This document shows positions 10,684 to 23,207 of a stretch of 64,000 nt of DNA, in pieces; positions within the stretch are counted from its first letter, which is position 1; the number at the start of each line of letters is the position of its first letter. The position numbers were made by a program, and so were the translations under genes. The DNA is taken from NCBI RefSeq assembly GCF_044704955.1, contig NC_091992.1, positions 82,646,001 to 82,710,000 on the forward strand. Reading direction: 5' to 3'. Under the pieces are notes generated by a model that saw nothing but the letters and a program-made list of their open reading frames with translations, was not told where the DNA came from and ran no database searches. Source of the DNA: Pristiophorus japonicus. Lineage: Eukaryota.

Positions 10684-13600
10684 CATAGAAACATAGAAAC
10701 ATAGAAAATAGGTGCAGGAGTAGGCCATTCGGCCCTTCGAGCCTGCACCGCCATTCAATAAGATCATGGCTGATCATTCCCTCACTACCCCTTTCCTGCT
10801 TTCTCTCCATACCCCTTGATCCCTTTAGCCGTAAGGGCCATATCTAACTCCCTCTTGAATATATCCAATGAACTGGCATCAACAACTCTCTGCGGCAGGG
10901 AATTCCACAGGTTAACAACTCTCTGAGTGAAGAAGCTTCTCCTCATCTCAGTCCTAAATGGCCTACCCCTTATCCTAAGACTATGTCCCCTGGTTCTGAA
11001 CTTGTCCAACATTGGGAACATTCTTCCCGCATCTAACCCGTCCAGTCCCATCAGAATCTTATACATTTCTATGAGATCCCCTCTCATCCTTCTAAACTCC
11101 AATGAATAAAGGTCCAGTTGATCCAGTCTCTCCTCATATGACAGTCCAGCCATCCCTGGAATCAGTTTGGTGAACCTTCGCTGCACTCCCTCAATAGCAA
11201 GAACGTCCTTCCTCAGATTAGGAGACCAAAACTGTACACAATATTCCAGGTGAGGCCTCACCAAGGCCCTGTACAACTGCAGTAAGACCTCCTTGCTCCT
11301 ATATTCAAATCCCCTAGCTATGAAGGCCAACATACCATTTGCCTTCATCACCGCCTGTTGTACCTGCATGCCCACTTTCAGTGACTGATGAACCATGACA
11401 CCCAGATCGCGTTGCACCTCCCCTTTTCCTAATCTGCCGCCATCCAGATAATATTCTGCCTTCGTATTTTTGCCCCCAAAATGGATAACCTCACATTTAT
11501 CCACATTATACTGCAGCTGCCATGCATTTGCCCAATCACCTAACCTGTTCAAGTCAACCTTCAGCCTCTTAGCATCCTCCTCACAGCTCACACCGCCACC
11601 CAGTTTAGTGTCATTCGCAAACTTGGAGATATTACACTCAATTCCTTCATCTAAATCGTTAATGTATATTGTACAGAGCTGGGGTCCCAGCACTGAGCCC
11701 TGCGGCACTCCACTAGTCACTGCCTGCCATTCTGAAAAGGATCCGTTTATCCTGACTCTCTGCTTCCTGTCTGCCAACCAGTTCTCTATCCATGACAGTA
11801 CATTACCCCCAATACCATGTGCTTTGATTTTGCACACCAATCTCTTGTGCGGGACCTTGTCAAAAGCCTTTTGAAAGTCCAAATACACCACATCCACTGG
11901 TTCTCCCTTGTCCACTCTGCTAGTTACATCCTCAAAAAATTCCAGAAGATTCGTCAAGCATGATTTCCCTTTCATAAATCCATGCTGACTTGGTCCGATC
12001 CTGTCACTGCTTTCCAAATGCGCTGCTATTTCATCCTTAATGATTGATTCCAACATTTTCCCCACTACTGATGTCAGGCTAACCGGTCTATAATTACCCA
12101 TTTTCTCTCTCCCTCCTTTTTTAAAAAGTGGTGTCACATTAGCTACCTTCCAGTCCATAGGAACTGATCCAGAGTCAATAGACTGTTGGAAAATGATCAC
12201 CAATGCATCCACTATTTCTAGGACTACTTTCTTAAGTACTCTGGGATGCAGACGATCAGGCCCCGGGGATTTATCGGCCTTCAATCCCATCAATTTCCCG
12301 AACACAATTTCCCGCCTAATAAGGATATCCTTCAGTACCTCCTTCTCACTGGACCTACTGTCCCCTAGTACAATCGGAAGGTTATTTGTGTCTTCCTTTG
12401 TGAAGACAGAACCAAAGCATTTGTTCAATTGGTCTGCCATTTCTTTATTCCCCATTATAAATTCACCTGAATCTGACTGCAAGGGACCTACGTTTGTCTT
12501 CACTAATCTTTTTCTCTTCACATATTTATAGAAGCTTTTGCAGTCAGTTTTTATGTTCCCTGCAAGCTTCCTCTCGTACTCTACTTTCCCCCCTCTTAAT
12601 TAAGCCCTTAGTCTTTCACTGCTGAATTCTAAATTTCTTCCAGTCCTCAGGTTTGTTGCTTTTTCTAGCCAAATTATATGCCTCTTCCTTGGCTTTAACA
12701 CTATCCTTAATTTCCCCTGTTAGCCATGGTTGAGCCACCTTCCCCGTTTTATTTTTACTCCAGACAGGGATGTACAATTGCTGAAGTTCATCCATGTGAT
12801 CTTTAAATGTTTGCCATTGCTTATCCACCGTCAACCCTTTAAGTATCCTTTGCCAGTCTATTCTAGCCAACTCACGCCTCATGCCGTCGAAGTTACCTTT
12901 CCTTACGTTCAGGACCCTAGTTTCCTGTGTCACTCTCCACCTTAATAAAGAATTCTACCATATTATGGTCACTCTTCCCCAAGGGGCCTCGCACAACAAG
13001 ATTGCGAATTAGTTCCTTCTCATTACACATCACCCAGTCGAGTATAGCCAGCTCTCTAGTTGGTTCCTCGACATATTGGTCTAGAAAACCATCCCTAATA
13101 CACTCCAGGAAATCCTCTTCCACCGCATTGCTACCAGTTTGGTTCGCCCAATCAATATGTAGATTAAAGTCGCCCATGATAACTGCTGTACCTTTATTGC
13201 ACACATCCCTTATTTCTTGTTTGATGCTGTCCCCAACCTCACTACTACTATTTGGTGGTCTATACACAACTCCTACTAGCGTTTTCTGCCCTTTGGAATT
13301 CCGCAGCTCCACCCATACCGATTCCACATCAACCAGGCTAATGTCCCTCCTTTCTATTGCATTAATTTCCTCTTTAACCAGCAACGCCGCCCCGCCTCCT
13401 TTTCCTTTCTGTCTATCCTTCCTAAATGGTGAATACCCCTGGATGTTGAGTTCCCAGCCTTGGTCACCCTGGAGCCATGTCTCCGTGATGCCAACTACAT
13501 CGTATCCGTTAACTGCTATCTGCGCAATTAATTTGTCCACCTTATTCCGAATACTCCTCGCATTGAGGCACAGAGCCTTCAGGCTTGTCTTTCGAACACA

Positions 13601-14935
13601 CTTTGCCCCTTTAGAATTTTGCTGTAATATGGCCCTTTTTGTTTTTTGCCTTGGATTTCTCTGCCCTCCACTTTTACGATTCTCCTTTCTATCTTTTGCT
13701 TCTGTCTCCATTTTATTTCCCTCTGTCTCCCTGCATAGCTTCCCATCCCCCTGCCATATTAGTTAACTCCTCCCCAACAGCACTAGCAAACACTCCCCCT
13801 ACGACATTGGTTCCGGTCCTGCCCAGGTGCAGACCATCCGGTTTGTACTGGTCCCACCTCCCCCAGAACCAGTTCCAATGCCCCAGGAATTTGAATCCCT
13901 CCCTTCTGCACCACTGCTCAAGCCACGTATCATCTGAGCTATCCTGCGATTCCTACTCTGACTAGCACGTGGCATCAGTAGCAATCCTGAGATTACTACC
14001 TTTGAGGTCCTACTTTTTAATTTAACTCCTAGCTCCTTAAATTCATCTCGTAGAACTTCATCCCATTTTTTACCTATATCGTTGGTACCTATATGTACCA
14101 CAACTACTGGCTGTTCACCCTCCGAGACATCCTTGACCCTTGCACCAGGGAGGCAACATACCATCCTGGAATCTCGGTTGCGGCCGCAGAAACGCCGATC
14201 TATTCACCTTACAATTGAATCCCCTATCACTATTGCTCTCCCATTCTTTTTCCTGCCCTCCTGTGCAGCAGAGCCATCCACGGTGCCATGAACCTGGCTG
14301 CTGCTGCTCTCCCCTGATGAGTCATCCCCCTCAACAGTACCCAAAGCGGTGTATCTGTTTTGCAGGGGGATGACTGCAGGGGACCCCTGCACTACCTTCC
14401 TTGCACTGCTCTTCCTGCTGGTCACCAATTTACTATCTGCCTGTGGGCCCTTTACCTGCAGTAAGACCAACTCACTTAACATGCTATTCACATCATTCTC
14501 AGCATCGTGCATGCTCCAGAGTGAATCCACCCGCAGCTCCAGTTCCGCAATGCAGTCCGTCAGGAGCTGGAGGCGGATACACTTCCCGCATATGTAGTCG
14601 TCAGGGGCACCGGACTTCCCACATAGTACAGGAGGAGCATAACACGTGTCCGAGCTCTCCTGCCATGACTTAACCCTTAGATTAACTTAAATTGGCAACA
14701 ACAATGTTAAAGGTTACTTACTGATACAGAAAAGAAAACCAAAAACTACTTACCAATCACCAGCCAATCACTTACCCCCCTTGGCTGTGACGTCACCTTT
14801 CGATTTCTTTCTGCTTCTATTTTGCCTTCTCTCCCTGCTGCAGCTGCACAAGCACGTCTCCACGAACTCCCGAGCCTCTCCGATGCGTTGGGCCTTTTAT
14901 AGGCCGCTCCTCCTCGCACCTCCCGAGTCTGACCA
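10684..14935 (-). mobile_element. Near full-length CR1 LINE (ORF1 zinc finger + esterase; ORF2 APE endonuclease + RT), frameshifted
   Basis: 3' (TTTCTATG)n tail; RT ORF 10785-12521; endonuclease ORF 12917-13711 (CLNARS, GITETW, MGDFN, SDH). ORF1 starts at ATG 14666 (MAGELGHVLCSSC..CGKC) and includes SGNH motifs VIGDSIVR and HIGTND. 5'UTR has a TATA-like cctataaaag. Confidence 0.95.
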
Positions 14936-14944
14936 GAACACTGT

Positions 14945-16205
14945 ACAAAAATAAAATACTGTGGATGCTGGAACCTGAAATAAAAACAGAAAATGCTGGT
15001 AATCTCAGAGGGTCAAGCAGCATCTGTGAAGAGAAAAACAGAGTTAACGTTTCAGGTCGATGACCCTTCGTCAGAACTGGCGAATGTTTGAAATGAACAG
15101 ATTCTTAAGGAGCACTGAAAGGGGGAGGGGAGGAAAAAACAAAAGGGAAGGTATGTGATACGCTGGAAGACAGGAGAGATTATAGAGACAAAAGGGATGA
15201 TGGGCCGACTTGAGATGGTAATGGCAGAAGTTAGAAAAAGGTTAGTTTAGATAGGGTGTGAATGGTGGAATAACTACCAGCTGCCATGGGAGATAAAGAT
15301 CATTTTTTTTACATAATATTGGGAGGGGGCAGTTTAAAAAAGTACGAAGGGGAGCTAAATATGGTCAGAGGTTATAGTCTGAAATTGTTGTACTCGATGT
15401 TGAGTCCAGAAGGCCGTAAAGTGCCTGAATGCTGAGGTGCTGTTCCTCGAGCTTGTGTTGAGCTTCATTGATACAATGTAGGAGGCCAAGGACGGAGATT
15501 GCGGAATGGCAGTGGAGCGGGGAATTAAAGTGACAGGCAACCAGAAGCTCGGGGTCATGCTTACGGACTGAACGGAGGTGCTCCGCAAAGCGGTCACCCA
15601 ATTTACACTTGATCTCTCCAATGTAGAGGAGACCACATCATATACTAAATTGAAAGATGTACAAGTAAATCGCTATTTCACCTGGACAGTGGGATGGGAG
15701 GAAGTAAAAGGGCAGGTGATGCATCTCCTGCACTTGCACGGGAAGGTGCCGTGCTGGGGGTAACTGCAGAATGAACCAGGGTGTTGCGGAGGGAGCGGTC
15801 CCTTCGGAATGCTGAGAGGGGAGGGGAAGATGTGATTGGTGGTGGGATCATGCTGGATGTGGCAGAAATGGCAGAGGATGATCCGTTGAACGTGGAGGCT
15901 GGTGGGTGAAAAGTGGGGACAAGGGGAACCCTGTCATGGTTCTGAGAGGGAGGGGAAGGGGTGAGAGCAGAGGTGCGAGAAATAGAACGGACACGGTCGA
16001 GGGCCATGTTAACCACGGCGGAGGGGAAACCTCGGTTGAGGAAAAAGAAAGACATATCAGAGGCATTACTGTGGAAGGTGGCGTCGTCAGAGCAGATGCG
16101 ACGGAGACGGAGAAACTGGGAGAATGGAATGGAATCCTTACCGGATGCGGGGTGGGAGGAAGTGTAGTCCAGGTAGCTGTGGAGTCAGTGGCCTGTATAA
16201 TTTGG
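14945..16205 (-). mobile_element. Penelope-like element 3' fragment (RT C-terminus, GIY-YIG endonuclease, terminal repeat region)
   Basis: Fragments DSIPFSQFLRLRRICS, FLNRGFP, GDRFAEHLRSVR...VACHFN; hammerhead core in the terminal region. Confidence 0.85.
15042..15078 (-). ncRNA. Minimal type I hammerhead ribozyme of a Penelope-like element
   Basis: Minus strand AGTT-CTGACGA-AGGGTC ATC GACCT-GAAAC-GTT-AACT: CUGANGA and GAAA cores, stem II GGTC/GACC, stem I AGTT/AACT, loopless palindromic stem III. Confidence 0.7.
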
Positions 16206-16424
16206 ACATGAGTTCTTCTGACTTGTATTCCATTGTTTTGGCTACACAATTCAGTATTCTGTTGGCTTTGTTAATTGCTGATCTGCATCAGCTGGATATG
16301 TTGAGTGTTGAGCCTCCTAAAAGAGACTTCTGTGTCTCTTTCAGTTTTGTCCTTGGCATGTTTCCAGTCTACCGATACTTCCCCAGTGTCCATTCACTCC
16401 CTCATAATAATTGTCAGTGCTTCA

Positions 16425-16540
16425 AGAACACAAGAAATAAGAGCAGGAGTAGGCCATTTGACACCTCGAGCCTGCTCCGCCATTTAATAAGATCGTGGCT
16501 TCCCTGCTTCCCTTCCACTTCTCTGCTCGCTCCAGCTTAG
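16425..16540 (-). mobile_element. CR1 3'-tail fragment
   Basis: aagaaca.aagaaata.gagcaggagtaggccatt tail shared with the 18594, 49848, 51516 and 56370 copies. Confidence 0.65.
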
Positions 16541-17596
16541 TCTCCCTTAGCACTCTGGAATAAATGTCATATATTTTTGGAGATTTATTTGTTTTGAGCC
16601 CTTTTTAACCTGCCTGGGACTTCTATCTCATTAATATTAAAAACTTGATTTTGCTTAGGTTAACTCCATTTGGGAGTGCTATGTTGCTCATATAAATACT
16701 TGGAGGAAGTAATTATTCAAACTATTTACTATTTTGCACTCATCTTCATTTTCAAGCCTGTTTTACATATTTTAAGGTGTTCATCTCTTGTCTGACTGCC
16801 CTTTTACTGTTGTGGTACTGAAAGATTTTTAAAATGATTATTGTCACTATATTTTTTCTAGGTCCCTGTTTGCCCCTCTGCTCACACTTTTAACAACTTT
16901 CTGTATTTTCTTATATTTATCCCAGTGATCAACTTCCCCTTTCTCCCCGCAGGATCTGTGAAGGTAAATTTTTCTCTTTATTTCACTTTTAATTTGTTGA
17001 AATGATTTTGTTTGACAAATTTTAATTTGACGTTCTTGAAAATTCACAACTTATTTGAAAATTCAGAATACTTTATTAAGTTGACCCATAAAAATAATTT
17101 GATGATGGATAAATAATTTTATTTGTATTGGAACAGTTACTTCTTGCAAGACATAAGCATTAGATTAACAACATTGTTAATAATTATTAATTTGGCACAG
17201 TCAGGCAGTAAGTCACTGATTTTTTGGGGGTCTTTTTATAATTTAACTGAAAGCATCCCAAGTCAGATAGTAATTTTTGAATCCTCAAATGATACACTGT
17301 TTGCATAAAAACAGCAAAAGCAGACCTTGGTAGTGTTCTGCAGCACTGATCTTGGCCCTTCACCTATCTCAATAAAGAACTGTGAAGGTAATAGAGTATC
17401 TGCAATCAGCAGGCTTCTTCGTCCTTGAATCTAGTTTCCTTATTCGGTGTGACACATATTTCAGTTTAAAATACAATTGTATTTTGATCAGGTCACTCCT
17501 TAAAAAAAAATACCCGTAGCTTCATATGTTTAAAATCATGTTTTAATCAAGATTTATCATTAATCTAACTCATGCTGTTGGAAGAAATGTTTTATA

Positions 17597-18378
17597 CAAG
17601 TACAACTTTTGAAATCCGGAATCCTCGGGACCGAGGCCATTCGGTTTTTGGTTTTTTTCGGATTTCGGAGACGAAATCCGAAGTCCCGAATCCGGAAACT
17701 CCTGAGCCGAGTTTCGGCTATTTCTGGATTTCGGAGACAGGGACAGTGGCTGTGGGTGATTCAAAATCAGATAAGGGCAAGGACAGCGGCTGCAGGGGTG
17801 ATTTAAAAAAAATCATTTTATTATGCTTAACCTTGTTTTGGATTACTATTGATTCGGATAAATCTTGCGCCAGCGGTTTTTAAGTACCGCTAGGGAGCGG
17901 ACCGCCATGATGTCACCAAAAATTTAGCTCACAGCGCACCCGTAGTTAGGAAGAAAAAAAACGGCCAGGAAAAACCTGCTTTGCATTCCTTGGAACAGCA
18001 GTAGGTATGAAGACCTGCAAAAAAGGTAAGTTAAAGTTTTTATTTTTTAATTCTTTTACAGCGATTAGATAAATAAGTGTCTCGTGAATGTTTTGTGATC
18101 ATTTATTTTTTGTTTTTTGCAATTTTGTTTTGGTGTGTGTCTGTGCGTGTGGGGGGGGGGGGGGGTATTATTTACAGAATACTGATCAGAATACCAAATA
18201 TCCATTTCTGAAATTTTACCACTTTCATTTTATACCATTTAGATCATTATTGTGAAAAAAATATCCGGTTTTCGGAACAGATTTCTGGATTCCGGACGTC
18301 GACTTGTGCGAGCTGCACGGTGTCTGGTTTTTGGAACATTCTGGTTTTTGGAACTTTGGATTGCGGATGCTGTACCTG
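17597..18378. mobile_element. Tc1/mariner (Tigger/pogo-like) MITE
   Basis: TA on both flanks; imperfect TIRs CAAGTACAAC..GAAATCC / CAGGTACAGC..CAATCC; subterminal tccgga/ttcgga repeats. Confidence 0.55.
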
Positions 18379-18593
18379 TAACACTAAACAGAGCATGCCA
18401 ACTGTAATATTGAACTTTTTTTTTGCAGGGTTGTCAGTTCCACCTTGTTCCATACCAGTGTTGGGATGTCCACTTTGTCCTATTTGATGCACCCATCTCC
18501 CTTTCATTTGTAAAATATGTAACAGGTGGAACATTTGAGGATGGAGTCTGACTGAAATTAGGTGGGTCTGGTTTTTTCACAAGCTTTTCATTT

Positions 18594-19750
18594 AAGAACG
18601 TAAGAACATAAGAAATAGGAGCAGGAGTGGGCCATTTTTCCCCTCGAGCCTGCTCCGCCATTTAATAAGATCATGGCTGATCTAATCTTGGGCTCAGCTC
18701 CACTTCCCTGCCCACTCTCCATAACCCTTCACTTGCTTATCATTCAAAAATCTGTCTATTTCCACCTTAAATATATTCAACGACCCAGCCTCCACAGCTC
18801 TCTCGGGCAGAGAATTCCACAGATTTACGACCCTCTGAGAGAAGAAATTTCTCCTCGTCTCAGTTCTAAATGGGTGGCTCCTTATTCTTAAACTCTGCCC
18901 GCTAGTTTTAGATTCCCCCACGAGTGGAAACATCCTCTCTACATCTACCTTGTTGAGCCCCCTCAGTATCTTATATGTTTCAATAAGATCACCTCTCACT
19001 CTTCTAAACTCCAATGCATATAGGCGCAACCTGCTCAACCTTGCTTCATAAGTCAACCCCTTCATCTCAGGGATCAATGTGAACATTCTCTGAATTGCCT
19101 CCAATGCAAGTATATCCCCCCTTAAATAAGGAGACCAAAACTGCACACAGTACTCTAGGTGTGGCCTCACAAATACCCTGTACGGTTGTAGCAGGACTTC
19201 CTTAGTTTTATACTCCATTCCCACTGCAATAAAGGCCAACATTTCATTTGCCTTCCTGATGTCTTGCTGTACCTGCATGCTAACTTTTTGTATTTCATAT
19301 ACAAGAACACCCAGGTCCCTCTGTACTCTTGCATTTTGAAATTGCTCCCCATTTAAATAATAATTTGCTTTTTTATTTCTCCTACCAACGTGGATAACCT
19401 CACATTTTCCCACATTATAGTCCATCTGAAGTTGCATGATCAGCCATGATCATATTGAATGGTGGTGCAGGCTCGAAGGGCCAAATGGCCTGCTCCTGCA
19501 CCTATTTTCTATTTTTCTATCTGCCAAATTTTTGTCCACTCACTTAGCCTGTCTATATCCCTATGCAGATTGTTTGTGTCCTCCTCACAATTTTCTTTCC
19601 CACCCATCTCTGTATCATCAGCAAACTTGGCTACATTACACTCGGTCCCTTCATCCAAGTCACTAATATAGACTGTAAATAGTTGAGGCCCCGGCACCGA
19701 TCCCTGCGGGACCCCACTAGTTACCGTTTGCCAACCGGAAAATGACCCAG
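18594..19750 (-). mobile_element. 5'-truncated CR1 LINE (second subfamily) with a nested 90-bp CR1 tail
   Basis: ORFs 18694-19437 and 19509-19823 carry CR1 RT motifs (GVPQGSV, KFADDT, VRPHLEYCVQFW); aagaacataagaa tail. Confidence 0.9.
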
Positions 19751-19799
19751 TTGGATATGAAGCACAGTCAGAAATAGTGTGCAATGGAGCGGCTGATTG

Positions 19800-20590
19800 T
19801 GTTAGAAGTTTGAAACTCTGCATTTCTCACTGCACGCCAATCATTGTCACCACCAGCAGCAACACCAGCAAAGCAGGAACAGCAGGCCGAGCCTGTCGCT
19901 GCCATGGCGACCGCCGCCTGATTGACAGCCGCCCTCGCCGTTGCCGGGGAGACCGCCGGCCTGAGTGACAGCCGCACCGCCCGGCTTACACAGCGCTAAA
20001 GCAGGGTGGCTTCAGGTAAAAGAGTGTGTGTGGGTGGGGGGGGAAAAGACTCCCCCCCCCAAAAAAAAACCTTTGCCCAATAGTGAAGGGAAGGGAACGT
20101 CGGCCGAGCCGGGCCCTGCCTCCCCGCTCGGCACTTCCCGTCCTTTGTTCCCAAACACCGCGAGGCCTAGCGGCGGCCTACACAGCCTGGGACTGGAGTG
20201 AGTGAGTCAGCGAGCGTGTGTGGCTCCGCCTTGGTGTGGTTGTGTGTGTTAAGGGAGGGGAGGGAGAGATTTATTTTTTATTAAACGCTGTGTTTGTGGC
20301 GAGTGTGTGAAGCGGGAGTTTTACAGGCGGCCGGGAGCCAGGGTTGGCTTGTGACGGGCGGCGCTTCCCTTTGTTTGGAACAAACCCCTTTCTCCATGTG
20401 GACTGGCCATTGTAGCGCGATGTTGATTTTAAACCACCGCAGCCAGACGTTCAGAGGGGGCCAGGCAGAGCCGTGCCCTCGCTGATCCACCCCGACCTAG
20501 GCCGCGGGGCAATGCTCACATTTCTTCCACCCTTGGAAGTAAAAGTCTGATCCTCCTCCAGCCTTCATTGATGAGCCTTGGTGAGAGGTA
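19800..20590 (+). promoter_or_regulatory. CpG-island promoter and probable non-coding first exon(s) of the RAI1/TCF20-like gene
   Basis: GC/CpG-rich, non-TE-like sequence ~3 kb upstream of the coding exon. Contains CCAAT (gccaatca ~19837), two X-box-like motifs and two TGA.TGACAG motifs. Candidate donors: CAG|GTAAAA after 20015, GTGAGT near 20198-20207 and GAG|GTAATG ~20587. Confidence 0.7.
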
Positions 20591-21652
20591 ATGTTTTGAT
20601 GATTTTTTTTTGCACTTTGGTTCTTTGCATACAAGGATTTTAAAAACGTGTGGTTATCTCTGCGGATATAATATAAACGCGAAAATATAATGTAGCTCTC
20701 TAACTACTTCTGTTCAAATCACAAACTCTTTGTTCTAGATCACGGCCCCCTGCTTTCAAACTGGATTGCTGTGTGTGCTGGGCTGCGAAGTGGTGACTTG
20801 TGCATTTTGTCATAATCTTGCATTTATGTCGACCATCCCGCAGGCTTGTACGATGTGATTTGTTTCGATTCGAACTCTTACTTGTGTATCTGATTTCAGA
20901 GCTGAAATACCTTTTTTTAAAGAAAATTAAGATAGCTTTGACTGCATCACGGCTACAGTAATAAAACAATAAAATAATCACATCATATCAGCTGGACTAT
21001 AGCACCACATGTATTACTGTGAGATTTATATATAAAGGGACAACACCAAAGGATTCAGGCTCAGAGTTTATAACTAAATTGCTGATTCACTATTGTCACT
21101 ATGTACTTTGGTATGAAGCAGATTAGCAGTTATAATTTCACCAACAATAATTCAATAATAAATTAGTTAAAGACTGTTATAAGTTACAAGAGGAATTGAA
21201 TAGGTTTATTTTGATTGTCCAAGAAATCAGCTTCATTATAAGTTTTACAATTATATTTTGGTTCCCCCCCATCCTATTTATTGCAATAGCGCATTTAATA
21301 AAACTTTCTGCTAGCCAAGTTAAAATATAAATTGGGTCAAAAAGTGAGAAATCCCCTTCTACCTCACCCCAGCCCAACTCCCTTATCTCCAGATGCAATT
21401 TCATTTCCTGCTCTATGTCGCACATGTACTTCTTGTCTGCTGTGAGATCACGTGTGCTGCCTTGTTCCATCCACTTAGGCTGCGGCTCTTCAGTGTGCTA
21501 TGGTAATTAGTAGAAATGAATGAGACTCTGCATGCAGCCCTAACTGAAGCGACGGTCTTTGTGTCTTATGAAGCTCCTCCTAAAGACAAAGGATAACGGC
21601 TAAGCGGTGTGTTTTTGTTTCACAGTCCTGCTATTTAAACACTAGTAATCTT

Positions 21653-21676
21653 TATATATATATATATATATATATA
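21653..21676. repeat. (TA)n microsatellite
   Basis: Run of TA dinucleotides; similar runs at ~36219-36242 and ~57010-57028. Confidence 0.9.
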
Positions 21677-22639
21677 CACCAAAAATCGGGTGTTAAAGTT
21701 TGAGTCTTAACTGTGCTGATGACTATTTTTTGACGTTCTGTCTTTGTCTGGTATTATGTTATGCTTTCGGTATTGCTGGAGTATAATGTGGTGTGTAACA
21801 CTGAATAATGTTAGCTTCCATCAAGTGTTGTTCGTGTAAAGGTTATTGGGGATCTGCAGTTGGGGCAGGGAATTTTTCATTGACTTTTATTCATTTTTAC
21901 TGATTATATTTCCAGTAAGAGCATGTATCTATTTGGAGTATTTTCCAAAATTAAAGTAAGCAGGTAGTTTTTAATGTATATTTCTAAATAAATTTATGTT
22001 TTGAAAGATGAATAGTTGGTAAACTGTAGATGAATGTTTGCAATAATCTTGCAGAATATTTGTGTTGCTTAAAAATCAATTTACAACTTCCATGTGTCAC
22101 CGTTTTTAAAAACACATTTTTATAAAATGTGGATTTTTTTCTTTTGAAATCTTGAGGTGCATTTTTACAAGTCCACTGAATCTTAGCTCCAGACATTTAA
22201 TGATGCATTTTGTTGTATGTTATGGGACACTCCTAACATGCAAATGATTGTTTCTGCAAGGACAGTTTTATGATGAGGCTTGAAATAAGGGGCTAACAGA
22301 CAGCAAGCTGGTATTTGATAGAAGTTATTGGTTCACTCTTGTGTTTAAAAACTCAAAATATGGCATGATACTGATGGTTTAATAATTGCCTATGAAATTA
22401 TCTCAGTATAAGGTCTGTCTTGAGAGGAGAGGTAATAGAAGAAAATCAAAAAGAAAATGGGAGATAGTAAACGGTTGCATTGCACATAAATGGAATGTAT
22501 GACTGGTTAATAATGGTATTTAGATACAATGAATGGAGTCAGACCATCTAGATCGCCCTCACTTTAAAAAAAATCATATTCCACACTTGGTGCAAGGCCA
22601 CAGAAAAGTTCTTGACCCTCAAGGAAAGTGGTAGCTTGG

Positions 22640-23010
22640 CTCAATTTCTTCTGAGCAAAATATTTATTTGAAGCCCTGCTCGAGTACATACAGTTGGTTG
22701 ACAATCCAGGCCAGTATTGAGGGAGTGTTGCATTGTCAAAATTACTCCTGTACTTTAGAGGCTCTGTTTGCCTGTTTGAAAATTCAGGTGGATATTAAAC
22801 AATATCATAACACTTTTCAAAACAGTGTCCTGGCCAACATTCCTCTCCAGCAACACCATGAAAAAAATAGATTAACTTGTCTTTTGTCTCATTACTGTTT
22901 ATGGGATCCTGCTACACACTAAATAGCTGCAGAATTTGCCTACTTAATAACTGTATTTCAAAATAATTAATTGTATGTGTAGTGCTTTTAGGTGTTTCTG
23001 AGACACGATG
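22640..23010 (+). mobile_element. Decayed Deu-domain SINE just upstream of the first coding exon
   Basis: Similar to 58037-58465 (cagtattgagggagtgttgcattgtc, caggtgga, gtgtcctggccaacatt, ctgtttatggga). Confidence 0.6.
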
Positions 23011-23207
23011 ATGTGTTATGAATGTACTTTTACAAATTGTTTTGTAGGGACATCTCTTTATGTAAGACTGCATATTTTTGTGAAATAGATTTTCTAACTT
23101 TATATGCAAGCACAATGTTGATGCATATTTATTGATACTATTAAATAGTTATAAACTGCTTGTTTTCTTTCTCTCAAGAAGCAGAGTGAAGCAAAGAAAG
23201 TCCTGTA

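Noticed and set aside
12927-13766. Long + strand ORFs (279 aa here; 239 aa at 40897-41616) antisense to CR1 endonuclease
   Set aside because: Shadow ORFs of the CR1 coding frame with no independent protein motifs.
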